From positions 717,161 to 781,160 of the forward strand of contig OY288106.1 in NCBI GenBank assembly GCA_958431155.1: a stretch of DNA of 64,000 bases. Reading direction: 5' to 3'. Shown one piece after another: positions 9,909-22,028 of this stretch. The notes under the pieces were generated by a model. It searched no databases. It had not been told where the DNA came from and saw nothing but the letters and a program-made list of their open reading frames with translations. The stretch comes from an uncultured candidatus Porisulfidus sp. Lineage in GTDB: Bacteria > Pseudomonadota > Gammaproteobacteria > Poriferisulfidales > Poriferisulfidaceae. The translations under genes and the position numbers were made by a program. The number at the start of each line of letters is the position of its first letter. Positions within the stretch are counted from its first letter, which is position 1.

Positions 9909-9937
9909 ATTGTCGCACCCCCATCCGGGGCTGTCAA
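9909..9937 (-). promoter_or_regulatory. Sigma70 promoter of the Gly-Cys-Leu tRNA operon
   Basis: TTGACA-N17-GACAAT with extended TG, 14 nt before tRNA-Gly. Confidence 0.75.
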
Positions 9938-10018
9938 ATGAAGGGCCGGAATTTCTATATTTTTCAGGATGGCTGATGCCGCGCCCGCTTCACATCGCGA
10001 GCGCGGCACACCTGTCTC

Positions 10019-11170
10019 TTACTTCATGGTCCCGATGAAACTCCCTACCCAAGCCCCACTTTCACCGTTAGCAAACTCGTACTCTCCTCCGCCTGTCCCC
10101 ATGACAGCCCTGGGGTTAAAGTTTTCATCAAGCATGTTGGAAAAGGTTCCTCCGAGGCTTCCTTGGTTGAAAACCACCGGCGACCTTTGACTGCCTGTTT
10201 TTCTGGTCAGACTTGTGCTTTGGGTCTCAAACGTTCCATTCGATTGAACCACAGCCGTCGCCCGATAAATTAATTCATTCGGCACTGCCGTAAAGCGAGA
10301 GGTTGCCCCGTCAGCCGAAACATAGTGCCCGTAAAGTAGCGTATCCTCATCGCAGCCAGTGCAATAGTCCAGTGCTCCGGTGGCAAAATCTATATTCAGA
10401 GTCATATCGCCAATGTACTGACCGATCTCTCTCGAACTGTCCACATAGTCGTGATAGTACACGCCTTGTGCGCCTCCCGTGTACGTGGCCGATCCCGTAT
10501 CCGGCAAGGTTGGAGGAGAAGCCGAGTCAATTTCCGGACTGTCGATATATGCGCCAAGCTCAACTGCAGCTTGGGCCAGGTAAGGATTGCCCTCTGACCG
10601 AATCCAGTACCCTCCAACATACCAATTCCCGGAATTTCCCCAGCCCCTTTCGATGTACGAGGCGAAGAACAGACTCTCGGAGTCTTCATGGACATGATAC
10701 GAGTACTGGACATCTGTTTGGCCGGGAGGCACAAACTGCCTATTTGGGTTAATCACTCCAGAGAGCCAAGCGTCATCAGAAGAATCAAAAATAAAAGTCG
10801 AGCCATCCTCTCGAGTCACGGTAATTTCGGCCGTGATTCCATCAAAAGTGGCAGAAGCCTGATCGGTTGTCCTCCCATTGGCATCGACATTCGAAGACTG
10901 GGTCACACTGCCATATTTTGGAAGAGCAGTCGCCGCCGTTTTGAAACTCTGAGCCTGGGCATCATCGGTGGAAGTTGTGTTTTCCACCGGATCAGATGTA
11001 GAGGTCATGTCAGTTGTGTCGGTTGCGCCGACGCTCCCGCCACCGCCACCACCGCCGCCGCAGGCGGCCAGCGTCAGTGAAGCAAAAGCCAGAAAAGCAA
11101 GTAGTGCGTAGTGGAATTTTCCCTCTCTTCTTAAGTTGGAATCAGGGAAAGCAAGGGCTATGAATTGCAT
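10019..11170 (-). CDS. Surface lipoprotein, TbpB/HupA-like C-terminal beta-barrel
   Basis: Lipobox LAAC followed by Gly8 and a Thr/Ser/Asp linker; LPDTGSATYTGGAQG and terminal VGSFIG strand; AGGA RBS before ATG 11170. Confidence 0.65.
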   Translation of the reverse strand: MQFIALAFPDSNLRREGKFHYALLAFLAFASLTLAACGGGGGGGGSVGATDTTDMTSTSDPVENTTSTDDAQAQSFKTAATALPKYGSVTQSSNVDANGRTTDQASATFDGITAEITVTREDGSTFIFDSSDDAWLSGVINPNRQFVPPGQTDVQYSYHVHEDSESLFFASYIERGWGNSGNWYVGGYWIRSEGNPYLAQAAVELGAYIDSPEIDSASPPTLPDTGSATYTGGAQGVYYHDYVDSSREIGQYIGDMTLNIDFATGALDYCTGCDEDTLLYGHYVSADGATSRFTAVPNELIYRATAVVQSNGTFETQSTSLTRKTGSQRSPVVFNQGSLGGTFSNMLDENFNPRAVMGTGGGEYEFANGESGAWVGSFIGTMK

Positions 11171-11444
11171 GGTTGTCCTAATATCTGGTTGGTGAAAGCG
11201 ATTTCCCTCCGGGGAGTATCGAGTAGCATTATAGAGGCACTTTATGACGATGCGATTGAGCAACCTGCCGAGGGAAGCGATGCAGGGGGCCCCAAATTCA
11301 ATTGCAAGAACGGAGAATCCTTGCGCCCATTTCAATCGACGATTTTCTTTTCTGTTAAAATTGATTACTTAGCCTCTTTCCGGCGGCGATTTCGCATCAT
11401 GCCGGGCAAGGTTGCCTGAATCAATAGAGATGAGGACCCCCCAA

Positions 11445-12749
11445 GTGGATCGAGAAAAACAGATTGAAGCCCTGCAGAAGGACTGGGATACCAACCCTCG
11501 ATGGAGCGATGTGCGCCGCGGCTACACGGCAGAGGATGTCGTGCGCCTGCGCGGCTCGCGCGTGCCCGCCAACACCACCGCGACGGAAGGCGCCGAAAAA
11601 CTCTGGCGCCTAGTCAACGGCGAGGCGCGCAAAGGTTACGTCAACTGCCTCGGCGCCCTGACCGGCGGACAGGCGGTCCAACAGGTCAAGGCCGGCATCG
11701 AGGCCATCTACCTGTCCGGCTGGCAGGTCGCCGCGGATGCCAATACGTCCGAGACCATGTACCCGGACCAGTCGCTGTACGCCTACGATTCGGTGCCGAC
11801 CGTGGTGCGCCGTATCAACAACGCGTTCAAGCGCGCGGACGAGATCCAGTGGTCCCGCGGAACCAACCCTGGCGATGAAGGATTCGTCGACTACTTCGCC
11901 CCGATCGTGGCGGATGCCGAGGCCGGTTTCGGCGGCGTGCTCAATGCCTTCGAGTTGATGAAGAACATGATCAACAACGGGGCCGCCGGGGTCCACTACG
12001 AAGATCAGCTGGCCGCCGTCAAGAAGTGTGGCCATATGGGCGGAAAGGTGCTGGTCCCGACCCAAGAAGCCGTTCAGAAACTAGTCGCGGCACGACTGGC
12101 CGCCGACGTCATGGGCGTCCCCACCGTAGTGCTGGCACGCACCGATTCGGAGGCCGCGAATCTCGTGACCTCCGACTTCGACGAGAACGACAAGCCCTTC
12201 CTGACCGGCGAGCGGACCTCCGAAGGTTTCTACCGCGTGCGCAATGGCCTGGATCAGGCGATTTCACGCGGACTGGCGTACGCTCCGTATGCGGACCTGG
12301 TGTGGTGCGAAACCGGGACCCCGGACCTGGAATTCGCCAGAGCGTTCGCGGAAGCCCTGCGCAAGGAGTACCCGAACCAGCTGCTGGCCTACAACTGCTC
12401 CCCTTCCTTCAACTGGAAGAAAAACCTGGACGACGCAACCATTGCGAAGTTCCAGCGCGAGCTGTCGGCGATGGGCTACAAGTACCAGTTCATCACCCTG
12501 GCCGGCATCCACAGCATGTGGTACAACATGTTCGACCTCGCTTACGACTATGCGGGCGAGGAAGGCATGAAGCACTACGTGGAGAAGGTCCAGGAGCCGG
12601 AATTCGCATCGGCAGACCGGGGCTACACGTTCGTCAGCCACCAGCAGGAGGTCGGTGCTGGCTACTTCGATGATGTGACTACCGTCATTCAGGGCGGGCA
12701 GTCCTCTGTCACGGCATTGACCGGGTCCACCGAAGAAGAGCAGTTCTGA
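11445..12749 (+). CDS. aceA: Isocitrate lyase
   Basis: [11 protein letters not shown] catalytic motif, [26 protein letters not shown] end; GAGGA RBS before GTG 11445. Confidence 0.97.
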   Translation: MDREKQIEALQKDWDTNPRWSDVRRGYTAEDVVRLRGSRVPANTTATEGAEKLWRLVNGEARKGYVNCLGALTGGQAVQQVKAGIEAIYLSGWQVAADANTSETMYPDQSLYAYDSVPTVVRRINNAFKRADEIQWSRGTNPGDEGFVDYFAPIVADAEAGFGGVLNAFELMKNMINNGAAGVHYEDQLAAVKKCGHMGGKVLVPTQEAVQKLVAARLAADVMGVPTVVLARTDSEAANLVTSDFDENDKPFLTGERTSEGFYRVRNGLDQAISRGLAYAPYADLVWCETGTPDLEFARAFAEALRKEYPNQLLAYNCSPSFNWKKNLDDATIAKFQRELSAMGYKYQFITLAGIHSMWYNMFDLAYDYAGEEGMKHYVEKVQEPEFASADRGYTFVSHQQEVGAGYFDDVTTVIQGGQSSVTALTGSTEEEQF

Positions 12750-12770
12750 AGGCCCTCGGCCGAGGGCACC

Positions 12771-14114
<1,344 letters not shown>

Positions 14115-14159
14115 CCCCGGTCTTGCTATAATTGCAATTCTTCAGATCACGGTGCCATC

Positions 14160-14492
14160 ATGCAAGAACCTGAACCGATCTACAAAGTGATCTTCTTCTC
14201 GAACGGGGAAATCTACGAAATCTACGCGGAACACGTCTATTCGTCCGATTTGTACGGTTTTGTCGTCATCGAAGGAATTATTTTCGGCGAGAAGGCACAG
14301 GTCGTGGTCGACCCGAGCGAAGAGCGGCTGAAAACCGAGTTTGAGTCCGTACCCCGGACCTACATTCCCATGCACTCGGTTATTCGCATCGACGAGGTGG
14401 AAAAGGCAGGAACCGGAGAAATCCGCAAGGCCGAGGGGAACGTCACGTATCTGCCTCCGATGGTGGGAACGGGCGATATCCAGAAAGTCTGA
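14160..14492 (+). CDS. DUF1820 family protein
   Basis: YKVIF...YEIYA, VVDPSEERLKTEF, IPMHSVIRIDEV. Confidence 0.8.
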   Translation: MQEPEPIYKVIFFSNGEIYEIYAEHVYSSDLYGFVVIEGIIFGEKAQVVVDPSEERLKTEFESVPRTYIPMHSVIRIDEVEKAGTGEIRKAEGNVTYLPPMVGTGDIQKV

Positions 14493-14514
14493 GGTTTTCT
14501 ACCGGAGGATTTCC

Positions 14515-14605
<91 letters not shown>

Positions 14606-14614
14606 GATCCATCA

Positions 14615-14648
14615 CCGGTTCGCGCCTGTTTTCAGGCTGGCGAACCGG
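14615..14648. terminator. Strong hairpin after tRNA-Ser (terminator-like, no U tract)
   Basis: CCGGTTCGC-GCCTG-TTTT-CAGGC-TG-GCGAACCGG. Confidence 0.45.
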
Positions 14649-14710
14649 GCAAAAATCACCCACGCACGGTATACTTTCCCCGCTGTCGAAGGCGACGTAA
14701 ACCCGGAGCC

Positions 14711-16060
14711 ATGCCTACTTTGCCCCGCATTGCAGTCCTTTCCCTGTTGGCTGCTGCTCTTACCCTCCCCGCCTGGGCAGCATTTCCATGGGAGAACAGC
14801 GACGGCTCGCTCCCCTCGCTCGCGCCCATGCTCGAAAAGACCGTTCCGGCAGTAGTCAACATCTCCACGGCCCACGAAGAAGTGGTGCGCGCCAGCCCCC
14901 TGTTTCGCGATCCTTTTTTCCAACATTTTTTCGGCCTGCCCGGGCAACGCAGCCAAAAGCGGGTGCGTCGGGGCCTCGGTACCGGCGTCATCCTAGATGC
15001 GAAAGAGGGCCACATCGTCACCAACCACCATCTGATCGCACGGGCAGACGACATCACCGTGGCCTTAAGCGACGGGCGGGAGGTTAAAGCTGAGTTGATC
15101 GGCTCCGACAGCGAAACCGATGTGGCGATGCTGCGCATCCAGGCCGACGATCTGACCAGCCTGCCGATCGCTGATTCCGAACAGGTGCAGGTCGGGGATT
15201 TTGTCGTGGCAATCGGCAACCCCTTCGGCTTGGGACAGACCGTGACTTCCGGCATCATCAGCGCATTGGGGCGAAGCGGCGTGTTCGACAATTACGGCTA
15301 CGAGGACTTCATCCAGACCGACGCCTCCATCAATCCCGGCAATTCCGGCGGCGCCCTGGTGAACTTGCGGGGCGAACTGATCGGCATCAATACCGCAATC
15401 CTGAGCCGTTCCGGCGGCAACATCGGGATCGGCTTCGCGATCCCCATCCACATGGTGCGCCAGGTGGCCGAGCAGTTGATCGAGCACGGCCAGGTGCAGC
15501 GTGGGCAGCTGGGTGTGCAGGCGCAGGCCATGACCCCGGAACTGGCCGAAGCATTCGGCCTCAAACAAATTGAAGGGGTCGTCATCACCGAAGTGGTCGA
15601 GGGGTCCCCGGCCGAGCAGGCCGGCATTATCCCGGGAGACATCCTAGTGCGCATAGATGGAGAAGACATTCACGATGTCAAAGACATGCGCAACGTGCTG
15701 GGTATGTTGCGCGCTGGACGCGAAGTGGAAATCGAATTGCTCCGCGGCCGCGAGACCGTGGCCATCCGCGCGGCGACCGCCACCTTGCGCATCGACGGCG
15801 CAAACCTCCACCCGGCCATGGCCGGGCTCACACTGTCGACCCAGCGCGATGCCGACACCACGTTCGTGGAAATCGTCAAGGTCGAACCCGGCCATCCTAG
15901 CGAACAGGCCGGAATCCGCGCCGGCGACCGGCTTCGCTCCGTCAACCGCCGTCCCGTGAAGAACGTGGAAGACATTCGCGCCATCGTCAACCGCGACGAC
16001 GCCCAGGTGCTGCTTCAGGTCCAACGCGGCGCGCGCAGCCAATTCCTCATGCTGCCCTGA
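14711..16060 (+). CDS. degQ: DegQ/DegP periplasmic serine protease with two PDZ domains
   Basis: Signal peptide, TNHH, FIQTDASINPGNSGG; GGAG RBS before ATG 14711. Confidence 0.9.
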   Translation: MPTLPRIAVLSLLAAALTLPAWAAFPWENSDGSLPSLAPMLEKTVPAVVNISTAHEEVVRASPLFRDPFFQHFFGLPGQRSQKRVRRGLGTGVILDAKEGHIVTNHHLIARADDITVALSDGREVKAELIGSDSETDVAMLRIQADDLTSLPIADSEQVQVGDFVVAIGNPFGLGQTVTSGIISALGRSGVFDNYGYEDFIQTDASINPGNSGGALVNLRGELIGINTAILSRSGGNIGIGFAIPIHMVRQVAEQLIEHGQVQRGQLGVQAQAMTPELAEAFGLKQIEGVVITEVVEGSPAEQAGIIPGDILVRIDGEDIHDVKDMRNVLGMLRAGREVEIELLRGRETVAIRAATATLRIDGANLHPAMAGLTLSTQRDADTTFVEIVKVEPGHPSEQAGIRAGDRLRSVNRRPVKNVEDIRAIVNRDDAQVLLQVQRGARSQFLMLP

Positions 16061-16062
16061 CC

Positions 16063-17895
16063 ATGGCATCCCCTTACCAAAGCGAATTGAACCGCAGCTT
16101 CCGCCAGACGCACCGGCGGCTTTACAAACTGATCGGCCTGGGGAGCCTGCTGCTGGTTCTATTGCTGGTGCGGATCGGCTGGATGCAGACGATCCATACC
16201 GAGTACTTCACCGCACTGTCGACGGACAACCATCTGCGTCAGATTCCTGTCGCTCCTTCCCGTGGTCTGATCTTCGACCGCCATGGCGTCTTGCTTGCGG
16301 ACAACAGCGTCCGGTACAGCCTGAGTCTAATCCCATCCCAAGTCGACGATCTGGACACTACGATTTCACAATTGCGGGAATTGGCCGACATCCACGACCG
16401 GAAAGTGAAACGGTTTCAGCAACGCGGGCAAAACCGCAAATTCGAAACCACTCCGCTCAAGATCGACCTGTCAGAAGAAACAATTGCGCAGGTCGCCGTG
16501 AAACTGCACCAGTTGCCTGGCGTCTACCTAGAAGCCTATGCCGCGCGCCGCTACACCTACGGCAAATCGACGGCCCACGTGCTCGGCCATCTGGCCAGCA
16601 TCAGCAAAAAGGACCGCGAGCGTATCGACCTCTACCGCTACCGCGGCACCCGGAGGATCGGCCGGACCGGCATCGAACATCAGTACGAGTCCCTCCTGCT
16701 CGGAGCTCCGGGCCTGCAGCAGGCCGAAGTCAATGCGCAGGGCCGTTCCCTGACGCTGCACGATCGCAAAGCGCCGACTCCTGGCAACAGTCTGGTTCTC
16801 ACGCTGGACGCCGGCTTGCAGAAGGTGGCAAGCGAAGCCATGACCGGGATGGAGGGTGCCGTCGTTGCCATCGAGCCATTCACCGGAGACATTCTGGCGC
16901 TGGTCAGCACGCCGAGCTTCGACCCCGACGTGTTCGGCCACAGCATCGACCCCGACGACTACCAGAATCTGATCCGAAACACAAAAACCCCCTTGCTGAA
17001 TCGTGCCATCCAGGAGCAGTACGCGCCGGGCTCGACGATCAAGCCATTCGTTGCTCTGGCCGGGCTGGAGTCGGGCCACGCCATCCCGGGCGAGAAGTTC
17101 TACGCCGCCCCGCAGTTCAAAATCCCGAACTATCGTCGCCCGTTCCGCGATTGGAAGGACGAGGGCCATGGGTGGGTCACGGTCAGCTCTTCAATCACCC
17201 AGTCCTGCGACGTCTACTTCTATTCGCTGGCCTACCGCATGGGAATCGAGGCCTTGGAGCCCTTCCTCGCACAGTTTGGTTTAGGCGAGACCCAGCAACT
17301 CGACCTGCCTGGAGAGCACCCCGGACTGCTTCCCAACGAGGCCTGGAAGCAAAAGACGTACAGCCAGCCCTGGTATCCGGGCGAAACTGTGATCATGGGC
17401 ATTGGCCAGGGGTACCTGATGCTCACTCCGCTACAGCTCGCCACCGCGACCGCGGCATTGGCGACCCGCGGCATCCGCATGAAACCCCGCCTGCTGCGCG
17501 CCTACAACCAAAGCGGAGAAATGATCGAAAACCCGCCGGAGGAGATCGGGCGCGTAACGCTCTCCAATCCGGCCTGGTGGGATCTGGTCACCAACGCCAT
17601 GGTGGATGTAGTCCATGCCCCCAACGGCACTGCCCGGCGCTCCGGGCTGGATGCAGCCTACCGCATCGCAGGCAAGACCGGAACCGCGCAGGTCATCAGC
17701 TACGGTGAAGAGCGCCCCGATTCCGAAGACCTTCCTGAAAATGTCCGCGATCATTCCCTGTTCATCGCCTTCGCTCCTGCCGAGGCACCGCAAATCGCCC
17801 TCGCGGTCATTGTCGAACACGGGGGACACGGTTCGACGAAGGCCGCCCCCATTGCCCGCCAGATCCTGGATGCCTACCTCATGAGGCCGCTCTGA
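16063..17895 (+). CDS. mrdA: Penicillin-binding protein 2
   Basis: RGLIFDR, STIK (SxxK), SCD, KTGTAQ; precedes rodA. Confidence 0.94.
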   Translation: MASPYQSELNRSFRQTHRRLYKLIGLGSLLLVLLLVRIGWMQTIHTEYFTALSTDNHLRQIPVAPSRGLIFDRHGVLLADNSVRYSLSLIPSQVDDLDTTISQLRELADIHDRKVKRFQQRGQNRKFETTPLKIDLSEETIAQVAVKLHQLPGVYLEAYAARRYTYGKSTAHVLGHLASISKKDRERIDLYRYRGTRRIGRTGIEHQYESLLLGAPGLQQAEVNAQGRSLTLHDRKAPTPGNSLVLTLDAGLQKVASEAMTGMEGAVVAIEPFTGDILALVSTPSFDPDVFGHSIDPDDYQNLIRNTKTPLLNRAIQEQYAPGSTIKPFVALAGLESGHAIPGEKFYAAPQFKIPNYRRPFRDWKDEGHGWVTVSSSITQSCDVYFYSLAYRMGIEALEPFLAQFGLGETQQLDLPGEHPGLLPNEAWKQKTYSQPWYPGETVIMGIGQGYLMLTPLQLATATAALATRGIRMKPRLLRAYNQSGEMIENPPEEIGRVTLSNPAWWDLVTNAMVDVVHAPNGTARRSGLDAAYRIAGKTGTAQVISYGEERPDSEDLPENVRDHSLFIAFAPAEAPQIALAVIVEHGGHGSTKAAPIARQILDAYLMRPL

Positions 17896-19001
17896 TGGCG
17901 CAAAATTCCTACATCTCCGCCATGGCCAAGTTGGTCGCCCCGCTGGACCGCATCCTGATGATGTTGATCTTCGCGGTTCTGGCGCTCAGCCTGGCGATCC
18001 AGTTCAGCGCCAATGACATGAGCCTACAGGCCACTCAGCAACATGCCGTCCGCATCGGAATCGGCCTGCTCGCGCTTCTGATCATGGCGCACATCACTCC
18101 GCGTCACCTGAAACGGTGGACTCCGGCCCTGTTCCTGCTCAACCTGCTGCTGCTGGTCGCCGTCGTGTTCTTCGGCAGCGGAGGTACCGCCCAGCGCTGG
18201 CTGACGCTTGGCCCCATCGCCCTGCAGCCGTCCGAATTGCTCAAACTCACCATTCCCATGGTGGTGGCCTACGTCCTAGGGCCCTCATTGCCGCCCCTGT
18301 CACCTTTCCGCGTGACCCTGGCGTTGATGCTCGTGGCCGGAGCCACCTGGCTGGTCGCAATCCAGCCGGACCTGGGCACGGCGCTCCTGATCTCTGCCGT
18401 CGGCGTGTCGGTGATCCTGCTGGCCGGGGTATCAAGGCGGTGGGTTCTGGGCTTGGGGGCACTGGCCAGCATCAGCCTGCCCTTCGTATGGCAGTACGCC
18501 CTGCGCGAATACCAGAAAGACCGCATTCGCATCTTCTTCAACCCGGAAGCCGATCCGCTCGGCAGCGGCTACAACGTGATCCAGTCCAAGATCGCGGTCG
18601 GCTCCGGCGGCCTTTCCGGGAAAGGCTGGACGCAAAGTACCCAGGCACAGTTCGATTTCCTGCCGGAACATTCGACCGACTTCATCTTTTCCGTCTACGC
18701 CGAGGAATTCGGGCTGATCGGGGTGGCCACGCTGGTCGCCCTGTACCTGGCGATCCTGTGGCGGGTGGTGGCCCTGAGCCGAACCGGACCCGATCGCTTC
18801 AGCCAACTACTGATCGGAGGCCTCGGGCTGTCCCTGCTCATCCACATCCTGATCAACATCGCGATGACCATCGGCTATGCCCCCGTGACCGGTTCGCCGC
18901 TGCCGCTGCTGAGCTACGGCGGAAGCGCCATGATCAGCACCTTGGCCGCTTTCGGTATGATGATGGCTGCCCGGCATTACGCCCGCGTACATCTCAAGTA
19001 A
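17895..19001 (+). CDS. rodA: Rod shape-determining protein RodA (SEDS)
   Basis: QRWL, QPSELLK, QPDLGT, LPEHSTDFIF, LPLLSYGG. Confidence 0.95.
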   Translation: MAQNSYISAMAKLVAPLDRILMMLIFAVLALSLAIQFSANDMSLQATQQHAVRIGIGLLALLIMAHITPRHLKRWTPALFLLNLLLLVAVVFFGSGGTAQRWLTLGPIALQPSELLKLTIPMVVAYVLGPSLPPLSPFRVTLALMLVAGATWLVAIQPDLGTALLISAVGVSVILLAGVSRRWVLGLGALASISLPFVWQYALREYQKDRIRIFFNPEADPLGSGYNVIQSKIAVGSGGLSGKGWTQSTQAQFDFLPEHSTDFIFSVYAEEFGLIGVATLVALYLAILWRVVALSRTGPDRFSQLLIGGLGLSLLIHILINIAMTIGYAPVTGSPLPLLSYGGSAMISTLAAFGMMMAARHYARVHLK

Positions 19002-19979
19002 ATGATCTTCCAAAATCGCTGGCTCCTGCTGTGCCTCTTGCCCGCCTGCACCATGGCCAGCGAGACACCCATCCCGTACGGCGAACGTCCCGAGGTCCGT
19101 GCGTGGGTCGACCGCCTCGTGGAGGAACATGACCTGTCGGTAGAGCACGTTCACAAGCTGATCTCCGGCTGCGAGTACCAGCCCAAGGTCATTGCCAGCG
19201 TCCGCCGCCCTGCCGAATCGAAACCCTGGCACTGGTACCGGAATGTTTTCCTTACCGACGACCGCATCCGCCAAGGTCGAATCTATCTCAGGGAACATGC
19301 CGACCTGCTCGAAGAAGCGGAACGCACCTACCACGTACCTGCCGAAGTAATCACCGCCATCATTGCGGCCGAATCGAATTTCGGGCGCCATACCGGCACG
19401 CATCCGGTGCTCGACACCCTCGTGACCTTAGGGTTCGACTACCCGCCACGCGGGGAATTCTTCCGCAAGCAGCTGGAGCAGCTTTTCCTGCTGGAACGTG
19501 AAGCCGGACTGGACATCAAGAAGTTGCGCGGTTCATGGGCCGGCGCGCTCGGGCAGGCCCAGTTCATTCCCAGCAGCTACCGACACTTTACCGTCGACGG
19601 CGATCAGGATGGCCGGCGCGACCTGTGGGACAGCCCGGCCGACATCATCTTCAGCATCGCGAATTATTTCCAGAAGCACCACTGGCATCCGGACAAGCCG
19701 GTTGCGGAACTGATTCACCCCGAGGACCCCGAGCAGTTGCCGCTGAGCAAGGCTCTGCTGCCAGACATCCAGTCGGAACGGCTGGCCGAATCCGGAATCA
19801 GGCTGCAGCACGCGACTGCCGAGCCGGTAGCCGTGCACCGATTCGAGAACTCCTCTTCATCCGAATATTGGGTCGGCTATCACAACTTCTACGTGATCAC
19901 GCGCTACAACCACAGCGCCCTCTACGCACTGATGATCCATCAGTTGAGTCAGGCCCTGAAGAATGATCCCGAACTTTGA
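19002..19979 (+). CDS. mltB: Lytic murein transglycosylase B
   Basis: AESNFG, GSWAGALGQAQFIPSSY, NFYVITRYNHS. Confidence 0.94.
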   Translation: MIFQNRWLLLCLLPACTMASETPIPYGERPEVRAWVDRLVEEHDLSVEHVHKLISGCEYQPKVIASVRRPAESKPWHWYRNVFLTDDRIRQGRIYLREHADLLEEAERTYHVPAEVITAIIAAESNFGRHTGTHPVLDTLVTLGFDYPPRGEFFRKQLEQLFLLEREAGLDIKKLRGSWAGALGQAQFIPSSYRHFTVDGDQDGRRDLWDSPADIIFSIANYFQKHHWHPDKPVAELIHPEDPEQLPLSKALLPDIQSERLAESGIRLQHATAEPVAVHRFENSSSSEYWVGYHNFYVITRYNHSALYALMIHQLSQALKNDPEL

Positions 19980-20730
19980 TCGTGCCGCCGGGCTGCTGGC
20001 CCTGGCCTTGGCTCTGGCCGGCAGCGGATGCAGCGTCTACAACTATGTTGCCGAGACCTTCTCCGATTCCGGCCCGGCATCCGGGTCTCGCGGCGGCAGC
20101 TCCTCCAGCTATGTCGTCCTGGGCGTTCGCTATCACGTCATGGACTCGGCTGAAGGCTATGTCGAGCGCGGTCTGGCATCCTGGTACGGGTCGAAGTTCC
20201 ACGGGAGAAAAACGTCCAGTGGCGAGGTCTTCGACATGCACCAGGTGAGTGCCGCGCACAAGACCCTGCCCCTGTCCACCTGGGTCGAGGTGACACACCT
20301 CGACACCGGTCGTTCCATCACTGTCCGCGTAAACGACCGCGGCCCCTTCGTCAAAGGCCGCATCATCGACTTGTCCTACCAGGCCGCACTGGCCCTCGGG
20401 ACCACCAGCGAAGGCGTGGCCCCGGTCGAGGTGCGCACCATCCGTGGCCCCGAAACAGCAACCCGGACCGTGGAACACCGGTTCCTGCAGCTCGGCGCTT
20501 TCGCGATCAGGAGCAACGCGGAGGCTTTTGTGCAAAAATTACGCCGCCAAGGACTGGCCCGGCTCTCTGTTCGAACCCGGCAGCGGAACATGACGCTGCA
20601 CCGAGTACTGCAGGGCCCGTTCGAGGACAATGCCGAATTCAACCAAGCCGTCTCAAGACTCGAAACCCTAGGCATTACCGAATACACACCTGTCAATCTC
20701 CCCCATTGGAAGCCCATAAGAAAGAAATGA
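19963..20730 (+). CDS. rlpA: Septal ring lytic transglycosylase RlpA with SPOR domain
   Basis: GLASWYG, AAHKTLPL, VNDRGPF, RIIDLS; C-terminal LQLGAF. Confidence 0.94.
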   Translation: MIPNFDRAAGLLALALALAGSGCSVYNYVAETFSDSGPASGSRGGSSSSYVVLGVRYHVMDSAEGYVERGLASWYGSKFHGRKTSSGEVFDMHQVSAAHKTLPLSTWVEVTHLDTGRSITVRVNDRGPFVKGRIIDLSYQAALALGTTSEGVAPVEVRTIRGPETATRTVEHRFLQLGAFAIRSNAEAFVQKLRRQGLARLSVRTRQRNMTLHRVLQGPFEDNAEFNQAVSRLETLGITEYTPVNLPHWKPIRKK

Positions 20731-21860
20731 ATCGCCTGATCTTTCTGGCACTGCTGTTGGCCAGTCCGGCCTGGGCTACGTTGCCAGTTCCACCGCCGCC
20801 GGAACTGAGTGCCCCCAGCTACATCCTGATGGACACGCAAACCGGCAAGGTCCTCGCGGAAGCGAACGCCGACGAGGCCGTCGAACCCGCGAGCCTGACC
20901 AAGATCATGACCACCTACTTGGCCTTCCGCTCTCTGGGAGACGGCCTGATCGCAGAACAGGACCTGGTGACCATCAGCCGCAAGGCGCGCAGGGCGATCG
21001 GTTCCCGGATGTTCGTGGAGGCCAACAGCCAGGTTCCGGTCATCGACCTGCTGCGCGGCATCATCGTACAGTCCGGCAACGATGCCAGCATCGCGCTTGC
21101 GGAGCATATCGCCGGCAACGAGGCGTCCTTCGCCAACATGATGAATGCGGAGGCCGAGCGCCTGGGAATGAGCAGGAGCCATTTCACCGATGCCTCCGGG
21201 CTGGGCGGGCCCGACCACTACATGTCGGCCCGCGATACTGCCATCCTGTCTGCCGCCATGATCAACGAATTTCCCGATCATTACGCGATGTTCCGGGAGC
21301 AGGAATACACCTGGAACGGCATCACGCAGCCGAATCGCAACCGCCTTCTGAAACTGGATCCCACGGTGGACGGCATCAAGACCGGTTTCACTGAGGCGGC
21401 ACGGTACTGCCTAGCCGCAAGTGCCATGCGTCCGGAGCTCGACAATATGCGGCTGGTCTCCGTCGTCCTCGGCGCCAAGAACGGTCGGGCCCGGTTACGT
21501 GACACCCGGGCACTGCTGAACTGGGGATTCCGTTTTTTCCGCACGCGGAAGGTCCACGCCGGCATGGCCCCGCTGACGGAAATCCCGGTGTGGTTCGCGG
21601 AGGTGGAGCAGGTACCGGTGGGGCTGGCCGAAGATTTGGTGATGACACTGCCGGTCGCGGCGTATCAAGAACTGGAGACCACCTACCATCTGGAGCCGGA
21701 GGTGGAGGCACCGCTCACGAGAGGACAGACTGTCGGACGAATCACCGTGCGCCATGAGAACCGGATCCTGGCTCAGGCACCGGCCGTCGTGCTGGCCGAC
21801 GTGCCGCAGGTCGGCTTCTTCACCCGGCTCTGGCACCACTTGCGGCGACTGTTGCACTGA
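20727..21860 (+). CDS. dacA: D-Ala-D-Ala carboxypeptidase (PBP5/6)
   Basis: PASLTK, SGND, KTG motifs. Confidence 0.92.
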   Translation: MNRLIFLALLLASPAWATLPVPPPPELSAPSYILMDTQTGKVLAEANADEAVEPASLTKIMTTYLAFRSLGDGLIAEQDLVTISRKARRAIGSRMFVEANSQVPVIDLLRGIIVQSGNDASIALAEHIAGNEASFANMMNAEAERLGMSRSHFTDASGLGGPDHYMSARDTAILSAAMINEFPDHYAMFREQEYTWNGITQPNRNRLLKLDPTVDGIKTGFTEAARYCLAASAMRPELDNMRLVSVVLGAKNGRARLRDTRALLNWGFRFFRTRKVHAGMAPLTEIPVWFAEVEQVPVGLAEDLVMTLPVAAYQELETTYHLEPEVEAPLTRGQTVGRITVRHENRILAQAPAVVLADVPQVGFFTRLWHHLRRLLH

Positions 21861-22028
21861 CACTACGCTGATCCGCAACCGGATTCCCTTTCCGGAGCCG
21901 GCCCTACCTCTTGTGAAACCCGGCCCATCGGTTCCATAATAGGAATGGCTGGATTGGGAGGCACCGGCATGAACTGGACAAATCCATCGGAGCAAGACTG
22001 TCGGGGCGGCTGAGCCTCGGAGACCGTC

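Noticed and set aside
9251..9924. Short ORFs over the tRNA cluster, including a possible homing endonuclease
   Set aside because: They overlap tRNAs; the 217-nt intron is fully taken by core structure and shows no LAGLIDADG, HNH or GIY-YIG motif
21945..22013. 22-codon ORF upstream of dat
   Set aside because: No attenuator features or recognisable peptide; more likely the leader of an internal promoter (TTGTGA...CATAAT)
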